From: an uncultured Hormoscilla sp.
GTDB lineage: Bacteria; Cyanobacteriota; Cyanobacteriia; Cyanobacteriales; Desertifilaceae
DNA length: 64,000 nt
Direction: 5' to 3'
Assembly: GCA_963921275.4 (NCBI GenBank)
Contig: OZ001293.3
Span: 6,496,001 to 6,560,000 of the forward strand
The notes below the pieces were generated by a model. That model made no database searches. It was not told the origin of the DNA and saw nothing but the letters and a program-made list of their open reading frames with translations. This document shows positions 43,290 through 53,990 of this stretch, in pieces. Positions within the stretch are counted from its first letter, which is position 1, and each line of letters starts with the position of its first letter. A program made the translations under genes and the position numbers.

Positions 43290-44255
43290 ATGATAGAAGT
43301 CGAGCATCTCAGTAAAGTCTATGGCTCAACCCCAGCCATTCAGGATGTAACCTTTTCGGTGAAACCGGGAGAAATTATGGGTTTCTTGGGTCCGAATGGG
43401 GCGGGGAAAACGACGACGATGCGGATCTTAGCCGGTTATCTGCCCGCATCGGGGGGGACGGCCCGGGTGGCGGGCTACGATGTCCATGAAAAATCTATGG
43501 AAGTGCGCCGCTGGATTGGTTATTTGCCGGAGGTGCCGCCTCTCTATCCAGAAATGACTGTGGAGGGTTTTCTGCATTTTGTGGCCCGGATAAAAGGAGT
43601 TCCCAGAAAGGACCGCCGCGTCAGGGTAAATCATTCCCTAGAACGCTGTCAGATCGCAGATAAGCGGAAACTGCTGATTCACAAGCTGTCTAAAGGATAT
43701 CGGCAGCGGGTGGGAATTGCTCAGGCGATCGTCCACGACCCGCCCGTGATTATTCTGGACGAACCGACGGTGGGTCTGGATCCTCGGCAAATCATTGAGG
43801 TGCGGAATTTAATTAAAAGTCTGGCGGGAGATCATACCATTATCCTCTCTACCCATATCTTGCCCGAAGTGAGCATGACTTGCAGCCGGGTGACCATTAT
43901 CAATGGCGGGCGGGTGGTGGCCACTGACTCGCCGGAAAATTTGATGGCGCAGTTAGCCTGTGGGTCGGGGTACGAACTGGAACTGGATAAAGATGTGACT
44001 GTGGTTCAGCAGTTGCTAGCAGTTGTCCCCGGAGTAGGTCGGGTATTATCCGTGCCTGCCGAAAATGTCGGGGCAAATCGTTACTTAATTCAGGTAATAT
44101 CGGAATCGGGAGCTGAACCGGGTCGGGATATAGCTGCTGCTTTGGTGCAAGCTGGAGTCGGTATCTACGAGATGCGGCGCAACCGGGTGAATTTGGAACG
44201 GGTATTCTTAGAATTGACTACAGTAGAGGATGCCGATCTAGGAGTTGCAGTTTGA
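43290..44255 (+). CDS. ABC transporter ATP-binding protein (GldA-like)
   Basis: GPNGAGKTT, LSKGYRQRV and ILDEPT motifs. Confidence 0.95.
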   Translation: MIEVEHLSKVYGSTPAIQDVTFSVKPGEIMGFLGPNGAGKTTTMRILAGYLPASGGTARVAGYDVHEKSMEVRRWIGYLPEVPPLYPEMTVEGFLHFVARIKGVPRKDRRVRVNHSLERCQIADKRKLLIHKLSKGYRQRVGIAQAIVHDPPVIILDEPTVGLDPRQIIEVRNLIKSLAGDHTIILSTHILPEVSMTCSRVTIINGGRVVATDSPENLMAQLACGSGYELELDKDVTVVQQLLAVVPGVGRVLSVPAENVGANRYLIQVISESGAEPGRDIAAALVQAGVGIYEMRRNRVNLERVFLELTTVEDADLGVAV

Positions 44256-45052
44256 TGTTTGCGATCTTCAGTAACGTTGTGGCAATCTATCGTAAGGAGT
44301 TACAGGGCTATTTTGCTTCCCCCTTGGCCTACGCGATCGCAGGTGTATTCTGGTTATTAGCAGGTTTCTTCTTTGCGGCAGTTTTGCTGGGACCGACGGG
44401 AATTATTGCCCAAGCTGCTTTTAACGACCAGATGGGAAATGCGATCGGGATCGATGTGCCGTACCAGTTCCAGCAATTTTTCTTAGGGGTGATGGGAAAT
44501 CTGGTATTATTCATCATGCCGATGCTGTCCATGGGACTGTACGCGGAGGAACGCAAGCGGGGTACTTTAGAACTGTTAGCGACTTCGCCCATTACTAACT
44601 GGGCGGTAGCAACGGGAAAATTATTAGGTTCCCTCACGTTTTTTATCACGATGGTGGTGCCTCTGCTATTATATGAAATCTATGCCATGAGTGCAGCGGA
44701 TACCCCAGTCCAACTAGGAGTGCCCTTGGTAGGACATCTGGGAGTAATCTTGCTAGCTGGCAGCGTGTTGTCTCTGGGAATGTTCATTTCTTCTCTGACG
44801 GATAGTACCTTGCTGGCAGCAGTATTCACCTTCGGGCTAATTTTGTTCCTCTGGGTGATAGACTCGATCGCGGAGGGGGTAGGCGGTAACGTAGGAGAGG
44901 CTTTGGGACATTTATCCTTGCTGAAAAATTATTCTAATCTGGTCAAAGGAGTGCTAGATAGCGGCAGTATCATTGCGTTTGCTAGTTACATCTTTGTCGG
45001 CATCTTCCTCACCGCCCAATCAATTGAAACTTTGCGCTTCCAACGTTCATAG
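44252..45052 (+). CDS. ABC-2 permease (GldF-like)
   Basis: AEERKRGTLELLATSP; six hydrophobic segments. Confidence 0.93.
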   Translation: MMFAIFSNVVAIYRKELQGYFASPLAYAIAGVFWLLAGFFFAAVLLGPTGIIAQAAFNDQMGNAIGIDVPYQFQQFFLGVMGNLVLFIMPMLSMGLYAEERKRGTLELLATSPITNWAVATGKLLGSLTFFITMVVPLLLYEIYAMSAADTPVQLGVPLVGHLGVILLAGSVLSLGMFISSLTDSTLLAAVFTFGLILFLWVIDSIAEGVGGNVGEALGHLSLLKNYSNLVKGVLDSGSIIAFASYIFVGIFLTAQSIETLRFQRS

Positions 45053-45457
45053 TTACCATAGTTACCATGCCATCATTTACGATATTGCACCATTCTCGAT
45101 GAGTCTCATGACCCGCCGGGTAGCCGGCTAATAGCTAAAGTCGGTTAAAACCGACTGAAAACCTTGTAAAGAAAGTAAGAAAGCCTGTAGGTTGGGTTTC
45201 GTGCCTCAACCTAACACCCACTCTTTGTAACGCGAGACTATGAGGCGATCGTCGGGAAAAATGCAAAATGTAATTGCCGCCGGGCTCCGGCATCAGCAGT
45301 CAAAGATGCGATCGCCTGGGGTCGGTGATGGTGATGGCGATCGCCCAATGCCTTGCTTGCATATCGGTATCGATAAACAAAACTTAACTTGCACAACTCA
45401 CAGTTTCCGTGTTACTATGCGATCGTAAGCCCTGGATAATTGCCATTCGCAATTCCG

Positions 45458-45667
45458 ATGAAAAATAAATTAATCGAAAGTTCTCCTGATATCATGTCGG
45501 GGACACCGGTATTTGCAGGCACCCGCGTACCAGCACAGACGCTGATCGACTATCTGGCAGCGGGAGAAAGTCTGGATGAATTTCTATATGACTTTCCTAC
45601 TGTCAGTCGCGATCGGGCGATAGCTGTGCTTAATGAGCGCGATGAAATCTATTCTCCAAAACTATGA
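45458..45667 (+). CDS. DUF433 antitoxin; the DUF5615 PIN toxin that follows is truncated (MKLLLDECLPKR*)
   Basis: PDIMSGTPVFAGTRVP...LDEFLYDFPTV. Confidence 0.85.
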   Translation: MKNKLIESSPDIMSGTPVFAGTRVPAQTLIDYLAAGESLDEFLYDFPTVSRDRAIAVLNERDEIYSPKL

Positions 45668-47477
45668 AGCTGCTGCTTGACGAGTGCCTACCTAAAAGAT
45701 GAAAACAAGAGTTAGTGGAGTGCGATCGGGATATGGCCCGGGGCACGGCAATAGAAGATTTCGGTTAATACTTGATATTATTGATGCCGTGCCCCTACCA
45801 TTGTTGTTCTATATTGGCTGAAATTGGCGCGATCGCAGGGACGGATGGGCGATCGCCCGCCGGGGAAAATGCGATCGCAGTAGGTGTACGGCATCAGCAA
45901 ATGATCGGAAAAAATGCAAAATGGAACTACCGCCGTGCCCCGGCTGCCAGTGCCCAGACGCGATCTCCTGGGGTAGGTGATGGTGAGGGCGATCGCCCTC
46001 AGCCTTGCTTGCAGATCGGTATCGATACACAAAACTTAACTTGCATAACTGAGAGAGACTGCGTTATTATGTTCTCGTAAAGCCTTGATGGTGGGGCGAT
46101 CGGATCAATCAGGAGATTGCTTTGATGGATTTTTTACTTGTCACTAGCCAGTTCAGCGACGAAGTGCTGCGCTACGACGCAACAACAGGAGTTTTTATTG
46201 ATGAATTTATCCCTGCTGGCAGTGGAGGACTGGATGGTCCCCAGAGTTTAACCTTCGGACCGGATGGCAACCTCTATGTCAGCGGTGCGGAAACTAGGCA
46301 GGTATTGCGCTACGACGGGATAACGGGAGTCTTTCTCGACGTTTTCGCATCCGTTGTGAATAAACCGATAGGTCTAACCTTCGGACCGGATGGCAACCTC
46401 TACGTCAGCAGCCTTGACAGTGACCAGGTGCTACGCTACGACGGGACAACGGGAGTCTTTCTCGACGTTTTCGCATCCGGTGGAGGACTAAATGCTCCTA
46501 GAGAATTAATCTTCGGACCCGATGGCAACCTCTATGTTGGCGGCGCATTAAGCGACGACGTGCTGCGCTACGACGGGACAACGGGAGTCTTTCTCGACGT
46601 TTTTGCCACTGGTGGAGGACTAGATTTTCCCGCAGGCATAACCTTCGGACCCGATGGCAACCTCTATGTCAGCAGCTCTTTAACTGGCCAAATACTGCGC
46701 TACGACGGGACAACGGGAGTCTTTCTCGATGAATTTGTTTCGGCTGGGAGTGGAGGGCTGGGTGGGCCTACTGGATTAACCTTCGAACCCGATGGCAACC
46801 TCTATGTCAACAGCTTTTCCAGTGACCAAGTGCTGCGCTACGACGGCACAACAGGAGCCTTTCTCGACGTCTTCGCTTCTGGTGAAGGACTAGAGGGTCC
46901 GATCGGCTTAGTCTTTGTTGATGATTCACCATCTACTACCCTTGAGCAGATAGTCACTCCTTCATCTCTCACAGTCCCAGCAATACCAGGCACGAGCGTC
47001 AGTTTCGATCTCAGCTACTCCACAAACCCTGCCAACACACCCACCACAGGATTAGGGTTGCGGATGCACTGGGACTCCAGCGAGATATCTTTCACAAGCC
47101 TCACCAATATATTAAGCGCGGGGGTACAACCCACGGGAGTGCCACAGCCAGATATTGAAGATTTCGATAACGATCCCGATACCGACTTTTTCATACTCAC
47201 AGCATGGAGTGACTTGGCAGGAAACTGGCCTTCCGCAAATCCAACTCTCCCAGAAAGCCTGTTCACCGCCAACTTTGTCGCCCAACCAGATTTTTCCGAG
47301 ACCACAGTCAACTTCACTCCCACATCTGTAGCTAATGAAGCTAGCTTTGACTCCAGCTCAGTGGAAATAGTCCGGTCTGAGGTTAATCTAGACATAGACA
47401 GCAATGGGATCGCAGATGCCTTAACTGACGGTTTGATAGCTCTGCGTTATCTATTGAACTTTACAGATAATGATCTA

Positions 47478-48489
47478 ACCTAAGTTGCGACCTATTAAAA
47501 AAAATATGAATTACCCACTTAGACTTTACAGATATTTGGGATATTTCGTAGCTTTTGATACAAAATTATATTTTTTTTGTGCTAGACGGCGGGTTGGCTG
47601 TTTATAGGTTATAATGTACTAAAATAATAGTTAATTGCTGGGGGATGTAGATGATGGAAGATATGATTACAACAATTTTTGTTCTTTGTGACGAGCTACT
47701 AAAAGCGTTAAATATAAAAGAAGATCCACAAGTAAAAATGAACAATGCCGAAGTGATGACAGTCGGATTAGTTGCTGCATATTTTTTCGGAGGACACCAC
47801 GATCGCTCTTGTCAATTTATGGTCGAACACAAGTATATAAAAAATCTGTTAAGTAAAAGTAGGTTCAATCGTCGATTACACAATATTGAGGAACCAATTT
47901 GGATGTTTTTCTTCCAAGTTATAGCTCAAACATTTAAAGAGCTCAATCCGGGTCAAGAATATATTCTTGATAGTTTCCCGGTGCCAGTATGTGATAATAT
48001 TAGGATTGATAGATGCCAAATTTATAACAAGGAAGAATATCGAGGGTATATTGCCAGTAAAAAACGTTATTTTTATGGATTAAGAGTTCATATGTTGGTA
48101 AACAAAAATGGAAAGCCAATAGAATTTTATCTAGATCCTGGTAGTTATAATGATGTTAAAGTTTTGCAATCTTTTGGCTTTGACTTACCATCAAATTCAA
48201 TAGTTTATGGAGATAAAGCTTATAATGATTATCAATTAGAGGATTTACTAAAAGAGTCGTCAAGTATAATGTTAAAACCTTTGCGAAAAAAGAACTCAAA
48301 AAGAAAAGAATATTCTTGTTTTGAATATATACAAAAAGTAACAAGAAAACAAGTTGAAACCTGTTTTAGTCGAATCACAAATTTGTTTCCCAAGTCAATT
48401 CATGCTGTTACATCTAAGGGATTAGAGTTGAAAATAATTCTCTTTATCATAGCTTTTTGTATCCAATTTTTATAGGTCGCAACTTGAGT
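47478..48489 (+). mobile_element. IS982-family insertion sequence (1012 bp)
   Basis: 18-bp imperfect terminal inverted repeats AC(CT/TC)AAGTTGCGACCTAT; 10-bp target duplication TAATGATCTA. Confidence 0.93.
47651..48475 (+). CDS. IS982-family DDE transposase
   Basis: ILDSFPVPVC, YFYGLRVH, YGDKAY and RKQVET.FS motifs. Confidence 0.93.
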   Translation: MMEDMITTIFVLCDELLKALNIKEDPQVKMNNAEVMTVGLVAAYFFGGHHDRSCQFMVEHKYIKNLLSKSRFNRRLHNIEEPIWMFFFQVIAQTFKELNPGQEYILDSFPVPVCDNIRIDRCQIYNKEEYRGYIASKKRYFYGLRVHMLVNKNGKPIEFYLDPGSYNDVKVLQSFGFDLPSNSIVYGDKAYNDYQLEDLLKESSSIMLKPLRKKNSKRKEYSCFEYIQKVTRKQVETCFSRITNLFPKSIHAVTSKGLELKIILFIIAFCIQFL

Positions 48490-49145
48490 TAATGATCTAA
48501 TTGACGGAGTTATCGGTGCAGGATCCACCCGGGATACAGCCGATGAAATTACTTCTTATCTGGACGGGGCCCGCGATACCATGCTGGACGTAGATGGCAA
48601 TGGCACAGCAGACGCCATGACAGATGGGATATTGATCGTCCGTTATCTATTCGGGTTTAGAGGCGATATTCTGATTGACGGCGCAGTAGCCCCCGATGCT
48701 ATTCGTGACACGGCCCCTGAAATTGAAGCCTTCCTGGGTTCCTTCGACCTGCCTGGTGCCAGTGGAGCACAAGGATTTGAAGTGCAGGGAATGTTTGGTT
48801 TCTAATAGTCATGGCCCGCCGTGGGTTAAAACCCACGGCTAATAACTCAAGTCGGTTGAAACAGACTAAAAACATTGTAATTTGAGTGACATAAATGTAG
48901 GGAAGGTGCGATCGCCCGCTGGGGAAAATGCGATCGGCGCCGGGGCACGGCAATAGATAGATTTCGGTTGATACCCTGATGTTATAGATGCCGTGCCCCT
49001 ACCATTGTTATTCTATATTGGCTGGAACTGGCGCGATCGCCCGCCGGGGAAAATGCGATCGCAGTAAGTGTACGGCATCAGCAAATGATCGGAAAAAATG
49101 AAAAATGTAACTACCGCCGTGCCCCGGGATCAGCAGACGAACCCT

Positions 49146-49319
49146 GGGAAACACTAAAGTGTTTACTACGAACGGTTTCTTAATTGAGGGAAACACTAAA
49201 GTGTTTACTACGAACCCTGGGAAACACTAAAGTGTTTACTACGAACGGTTTCTTAATTGAGGGAAACACTAAAGTGTTTACTACGAACCCTGGGAAACAC
49301 TAAAGTGTTTACTACGAAC
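49146..49319 (+). repeat. Five 28-bp palindromic units GGGAAACACTAAAGTGTTTACTACGAAC with alternating 14-nt and 3-nt linkers
   Basis: Directly visible; 73-bp higher-order period. Confidence 0.95.
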
Positions 49320-49347
49320 GGAAAACAGAACCTAGATTATTTATAAG

Positions 49348-50976
49348 ATGAAGAATATTTGGAACTATCTGAAATATATATTTGGGTTGGCCCCAGTTCT
49401 GATTGTGGCCGGGATCGCCGCTGGCGTTCTCGAAACAGGCGGTTTATCTCCCGCTACCTGGGGCCCTCTTCCCCTAGGTTTACTCATAGCTGGTATGGCA
49501 GTCCTCGGGTTCTGGCTATTATTGAAAATTGCCTCGGCAGAAAGTTTTTGGAACAGTCGATCGACCTCTGCAGGCGCGAATGCTATAATCTCTACTATAG
49601 CTGTCCTGCTGATTGTGGCCATGATTAATTTATTGGCTGTCCGCTATCGGGTAGAAATAGATTTAACAGAAGACCAGCGGTTTACAGTGGCCCTTGAGAC
49701 TAAACAGCTATTGCAAAATTTGTCCCAACCTGTTAAACTGTGGATATTCAGCCCCCAAGCAAATCCTCAAGATGAAGAATTACTCAAAAATTACCAGGAC
49801 ATGGGAGGCGATCGCTTTTTATTTGAGTATGTTGACCCCTATTCTAGACCGGGACTGGCCTCGGAGTTTGGGGTAACAGAGGTTGGAGATGTTTACCTGG
49901 AATTATTGTCGCCAAACTCTCAACGGCGGGAGTTCGTCGGCAATGTGACCCGCAAACCTCTTTCTGAAAGCCAGTTGACTAATAGTATTGTACTGATTAA
50001 ACGCGATCGCACGACTTTGGTCTACTTCCTGCAAGGTCACGGGGAACGGCCTTTGGAGGGGCGGGGCGGCCTATCGGAAGCGGTTAGAAGCTTGAAACAG
50101 AAAAATTTTATCTCTCAACCTCTCAACTTAGCACAGCGCCAAGCAGTTCCCGAAGATGCCGATGTAGTCGCGATCGCGGGACCGGAACGAGAACTTTTAC
50201 CCGAGGAAGTGGCAGCGTTAGAGGATTATCTGGATGGCGGCGGGAGTCTGCTGCTGGCGATCGACCCCTTTAACAATCCCGGACTAGACTCTCTGTTGAG
50301 AAAGTGGGGGGTGAAGTTCGACGAGCGGGTGGCGGTTGACATCAACCGACGGTTGCCAACTGTACTCGCCATCGCTGACTATGGCGACCATCCCATTACT
50401 CAAAACTTTGGAAATGGTTTCTCTTTCTATCCCTTGGCGAGATCCATAGAAATAACTAAGGTGCCCGGCGTGCAGGAAGCGCCTTTACTGATAACCTCAG
50501 CAGAGGGAATATGGGCCGAAAGTGACACTAAGTCTCAGCAGTTGGAGTTCGACCCCAAAAGCGATCGCCAAGGTCCGCTAATATTAGGAGTCGCCCTAAC
50601 TCGCAGTCTCAATAACCCAGAGGTAACAGCACCAGAAACTGATGCTTCCGAGGATGTTACACCCAGTCCAGAAGCTGATGCTTCCGCAGAACAGGAACCG
50701 CCAATTTCCATTGCGCGGATGATTGCCATCGGAGATTCGGAATTTGCGATCGATGGTAATTTCGGGCAGCAGTTAAACGGATATCTGTTCCTGAATGCGA
50801 TCGGTTGGTTAGCAGATAGGGATGAAGAAACTTTTTCTATTCGCCCCAAGGAATTTACTAACCGACGCATCATCCTGACCGAAAATCAAGCTATAATCTT
50901 ATTCTTGACATCCGTAGCGATCGTGCCCTTGTTGGGCTTCTTGACCGCAGGTACTCTCTGGTTACTCCGTCGATAA
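49348..50976 (+). CDS. GldG-like ABC transporter auxiliary protein
   Basis: IDLTEDQRFT, YFLQGHGE, YLDGGGSLL and IGDSEFA motifs. Confidence 0.92.
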   Translation: MKNIWNYLKYIFGLAPVLIVAGIAAGVLETGGLSPATWGPLPLGLLIAGMAVLGFWLLLKIASAESFWNSRSTSAGANAIISTIAVLLIVAMINLLAVRYRVEIDLTEDQRFTVALETKQLLQNLSQPVKLWIFSPQANPQDEELLKNYQDMGGDRFLFEYVDPYSRPGLASEFGVTEVGDVYLELLSPNSQRREFVGNVTRKPLSESQLTNSIVLIKRDRTTLVYFLQGHGERPLEGRGGLSEAVRSLKQKNFISQPLNLAQRQAVPEDADVVAIAGPERELLPEEVAALEDYLDGGGSLLLAIDPFNNPGLDSLLRKWGVKFDERVAVDINRRLPTVLAIADYGDHPITQNFGNGFSFYPLARSIEITKVPGVQEAPLLITSAEGIWAESDTKSQQLEFDPKSDRQGPLILGVALTRSLNNPEVTAPETDASEDVTPSPEADASAEQEPPISIARMIAIGDSEFAIDGNFGQQLNGYLFLNAIGWLADRDEETFSIRPKEFTNRRIILTENQAIILFLTSVAIVPLLGFLTAGTLWLLRR

Positions 50977-50998
50977 TGGGGGATAATTAGCAATTCGC

Positions 50999-51655
50999 AT
51001 GAAAATACAGAGAACAACGATAATTTGGGTATTGCTGGCCTTGGGGTTAGGGGGATTTGTTTATTACTTTGAGTTTAACAGACCCGAACGAGAAGAAGTT
51101 GTCCGGCAAAAGCAACAGCAACTGTTTGATTTTGAAGAGAATCAGGTGCAGTCCGTGCAGGTGCAGATTAAAGATCGGACATTGCTATTTGAACGTCAAG
51201 CAGAAACGGGTTCGTCTAAGTGGATGATGCGATCGCCCGAGTCCGCCCCCGCCAGCGAGGCCGCTGTGGTATTCTTGTTAAGTAAGCTGGTCAATGCTAA
51301 AAGCGATCGGGCCTTTACGGTATCAGCGGCGCAGCTGTCAGAATACGGACTGGACGAACCGATGGCAACAGTAGAAATTACTATTGACAATGGGAAAACC
51401 CATCAGCTAAGATTGGGGAATAAGGACTTTACTAATAGTCAGTTGTATGGTTTAGTTGACGTAAAAATCAATATAGATAATTCAGGCCCAGAGGAAGTAG
51501 GATCCGATGAGTTAAATGTTGAAGAAAAACTAAAGGTGGTGTTGGTGCCAGCAGATTTTGAATATGCGGTCGATCGACCGCTGTCAGAATGGAAACCAGA
51601 GGAAAATGATGAAGCATCCCCTGAAGAAGAGGAGAGTAGTGAAGTCAGAAACTGA
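50999..51655 (+). CDS. DUF4340-like protein
   Basis: N-terminal TM; LSEYGLDEP; follows the gldG-like gene. Confidence 0.85.
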   Translation: MKIQRTTIIWVLLALGLGGFVYYFEFNRPEREEVVRQKQQQLFDFEENQVQSVQVQIKDRTLLFERQAETGSSKWMMRSPESAPASEAAVVFLLSKLVNAKSDRAFTVSAAQLSEYGLDEPMATVEITIDNGKTHQLRLGNKDFTNSQLYGLVDVKINIDNSGPEEVGSDELNVEEKLKVVLVPADFEYAVDRPLSEWKPEENDEASPEEEESSEVRN

Positions 51656-51725
51656 TGAACCTGATGATTAGTGAACGGGGGGCGATCGCATTTGTCGGGA
51701 CGCCCACCCGATCGCGTAACAATTG

Positions 51726-52115
51726 TCAATTCACAATTGACAATACTGGACAAAACTCTTCTAACTTCACCTGAAGGTCTGACACTAGCATCAGGGGATA
51801 CTTCTGAGAAGCTTTCAGCTTTTGGAAGACAAGACGCGCAAATTCATCACGCCAATGTTGTCGATTTGTTTCCGTCTCGATCTTAACTGCTCTCACTGAT
51901 ATATGATATCGGTGTGCTGCAAAATACATGTCTCTGTCATTTTCAAATTCATGTTCTCCCAGAGTCATAATAATGCGATAATTGCGATACTCATACCAGG
52001 TTTCATCCAAGTCAATGATGAGTTGCAACTTGATAGATAATAGGGATTCTATTTCCTCTACCAAGGTTTTAATCCCCACTTGTGAGTCTACAAAAATATC
52101 TACTGTCCTAGACAT
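51726..52115 (-). CDS. Putative immunity protein
   Basis: Small ORF with GGAGG SD directly downstream of a toxin-like ORF. Confidence 0.6.
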   Translation of the reverse strand: MSRTVDIFVDSQVGIKTLVEEIESLLSIKLQLIIDLDETWYEYRNYRIIMTLGEHEFENDRDMYFAAHRYHISVRAVKIETETNRQHWRDEFARLVFQKLKASQKYPLMLVSDLQVKLEEFCPVLSIVN

Positions 52116-52127
52116 GAAAACAACCTC

Positions 52128-52553
52128 CTAGAGAAAGTCAGTAGCGGTGATGTCATAGCGATCGCCGATAATGCGGATGCTATCGATTTTTCCCCGCGTG
52201 ATGTTTTTTGCGCGTTGTAAGCCAGTCCTTGCCTCTGTCTCTGTTAACCCAGAACCCCTGGAATCTATAATTATATCTCTGGCTTGTCCTCCTCGTCTAA
52301 TCGAGTTATTGATCGCATTTTTGACAGTGGGGTTTGTAGCGCCTAGAACAAGACTCTTGAATTCAGTGCTCACTCCATCTACCTCAGCATCGGCATTTCT
52401 GCCTTCATCTGGTTTTTCTGACAAAGCCTTGACTGTCTTGCCCTCTATTGCAAGCAATTGGGCGATCGCTTTTTCTGGTTGCGAAAATTCCCTTTCTGAT
52501 TCATCAATACTGCCACTAGCAGGCGGCGTTGGCTGGTTAGTATGGTCAGTCAC
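52128..52553 (-). CDS. Stand-alone CdiA C-terminal tRNase-like toxin domain
   Basis: ADAEVDG...EFKSL...TVKNAI...GQARDIIIDSRGSGLT..EA..GL.R resembles CdiA_C PD-(D/E)xK nucleases. Confidence 0.7.
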   Translation of the reverse strand: MTDHTNQPTPPASGSIDESEREFSQPEKAIAQLLAIEGKTVKALSEKPDEGRNADAEVDGVSTEFKSLVLGATNPTVKNAINNSIRRGGQARDIIIDSRGSGLTETEARTGLQRAKNITRGKIDSIRIIGDRYDITATDFL

Positions 52554-52830
52554 GGATTTCTGTTCCTTCTTTGTCAGAATGGCAATAAGCTCAAGAGAAG
52601 ACTTCTAAGCCTAGTGCTAGATCGCAGAACACTCCAGAAGCAGGTGCCAGTCCACAACCTCCTCGTGATCCTATACTGATTATAGCAACAAGGATAGTTT
52701 TGAGTCAAGGGCACCTACTGCTGGTATTGCTGAAAATATTCACGATTTTTTACTAATTGCATAACTTTAGCAAATGTTGGTATAGTTAAACATGTATATT
52801 GATGTAAGATCGGGATAAAAGGAGGTTATC

Positions 52831-52968
52831 ATGCCTAACTCATCACCTGGGCCTATTGCCAAGGGGACAATTAGAGAAAACCGTTATCAAGTTGTGCGTA
52901 AGTTGGGACGCGGTGGTTTTGGACGCACCTACCTAGTTGAAGAGCTGTCAGAATATGGACTGGACTGA
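52831..52968 (+). pseudogene. Duplicate 5' end of the kinase at 54409 fused to a DUF4340 piece
   Basis: MPNSSPGPIAKGTIRENRYQVVRKLGRGGFGRTYLVE + LSEYGLD*. Confidence 0.85.
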
Positions 52969-53139
52969 TGAACCTGATGATTCACGATCGCAAAGAAGAG
53001 CCCCCTGGTTGCTAGTTTCTAGCTAGCAACGATTCCCATCTGCCTCGGGTCCTGACAAATGCGCAATCAATGGAGCGTCAAAAAACTGTATCAGGAACTA
53101 CGGAAACCTGAGGAAGATAAAATTGTTTTTGAATAACAC

Positions 53140-53169
53140 TTGACAAGAAGCACAAAAATGCTTTAGGAT
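53140..53169 (+). promoter_or_regulatory. Candidate sigma70-type promoter
   Basis: TTGACA-18 nt-TAGGAT about 100 nt upstream of 53271. Confidence 0.5.
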
Positions 53170-53270
53170 AACAAAAGACTGGGTAATTGACACCGAAACC
53201 AGGCGTAAAAGCGTAAGGGAGACACGTCAGCTTCCCCGTTGGCAGTTACGATCGCAAGAGATAAAAATCA

Positions 53271-53990
53271 ATGAAGACTCTGTTTTTAGACATGGAATGG
53301 GGGCAGATATATGGTTCTTACAGGAGAGATTTTATACTAACAGAGATTGATGCGATCGTATATAATTCAGAAAACGATGTGCCTATTCTGGAGAGCAAGA
53401 AGCTTTCTTATGACATTGATATTGTGATAATAAAAAACATCATTAATCAAGTGGGCAAAACAGTTGGGGTATCAGTTGCAAACACTGGACGCGGAGAATA
53501 CCAAAAACGCTTCGATGATAGTTACAGACTTACAAAAAATGATCGGGTAGCAGCAAGAAAAATATCTGATATATCTCTGCATGAACTACGTAAATATCTT
53601 CAGACTTTATTTAAAAAGCATCAGGTAGATCGAATTATATTGTTTGGAGGTAATGAAGATATTAATATAATGAGAAAAGCGAGGGTAAATCTATCAAAGC
53701 TAAAAATAATAGATTTACAGCAGATCGTAAAAAAAGAAACTCGCCACAGGTTTTCTCTTGATAAATTGTCAATAATTATTAAGTTTTATGTCAACAAGAA
53801 TTTATTTGGCTCCAAAAACTTCCGATATCCACTGCCAGAACGTTATAAATATCTGATCAAACCGCATAAAGCAATTGGAAATGCCTGTAGAATATTCATC
53901 GTGTATAAAGAGTTTTATGGGGTCAAGCATGAGTTCGTGCAACAGTGCAGAAACTATATTCATGCCAACAATGTTGTTGATGAGTCTTGA
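53271..53990 (+). CDS. DEDDh-like 3'-5' exonuclease-fold protein
   Basis: LFLDMEW (ExoI), FGGNED (ExoII), IIDLQ, HKAIGNA (ExoIII with D to N); AT-rich. Confidence 0.6.
   Translation: MKTLFLDMEWGQIYGSYRRDFILTEIDAIVYNSENDVPILESKKLSYDIDIVIIKNIINQVGKTVGVSVANTGRGEYQKRFDDSYRLTKNDRVAARKISDISLHELRKYLQTLFKKHQVDRIILFGGNEDINIMRKARVNLSKLKIIDLQQIVKKETRHRFSLDKLSIIIKFYVNKNLFGSKNFRYPLPERYKYLIKPHKAIGNACRIFIVYKEFYGVKHEFVQQCRNYIHANNVVDES

Larger units (their letters stand above)
46122..48805 (+). pseudogene. Beta-propeller (NHL/Vgb-like) protein with cohesin-like and dockerin-like C-terminus, split by IS982
   Basis: Five FGPDGNLYV-type...RYDGTTG repeats; two LD.D.NG.ADA.TDG motifs; frame restored as FTDNDL|IDGVIG. 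Confidence 0.85.

Noticed and set aside
49146..49319. CRISPR array
   Set aside because: Linkers are 3 and 14 nt and repeat identically; no unique spacers and no cas genes
53170..53270. Retron msr-msd
   Set aside because: No reverse transcriptase nearby and the closing stem is short
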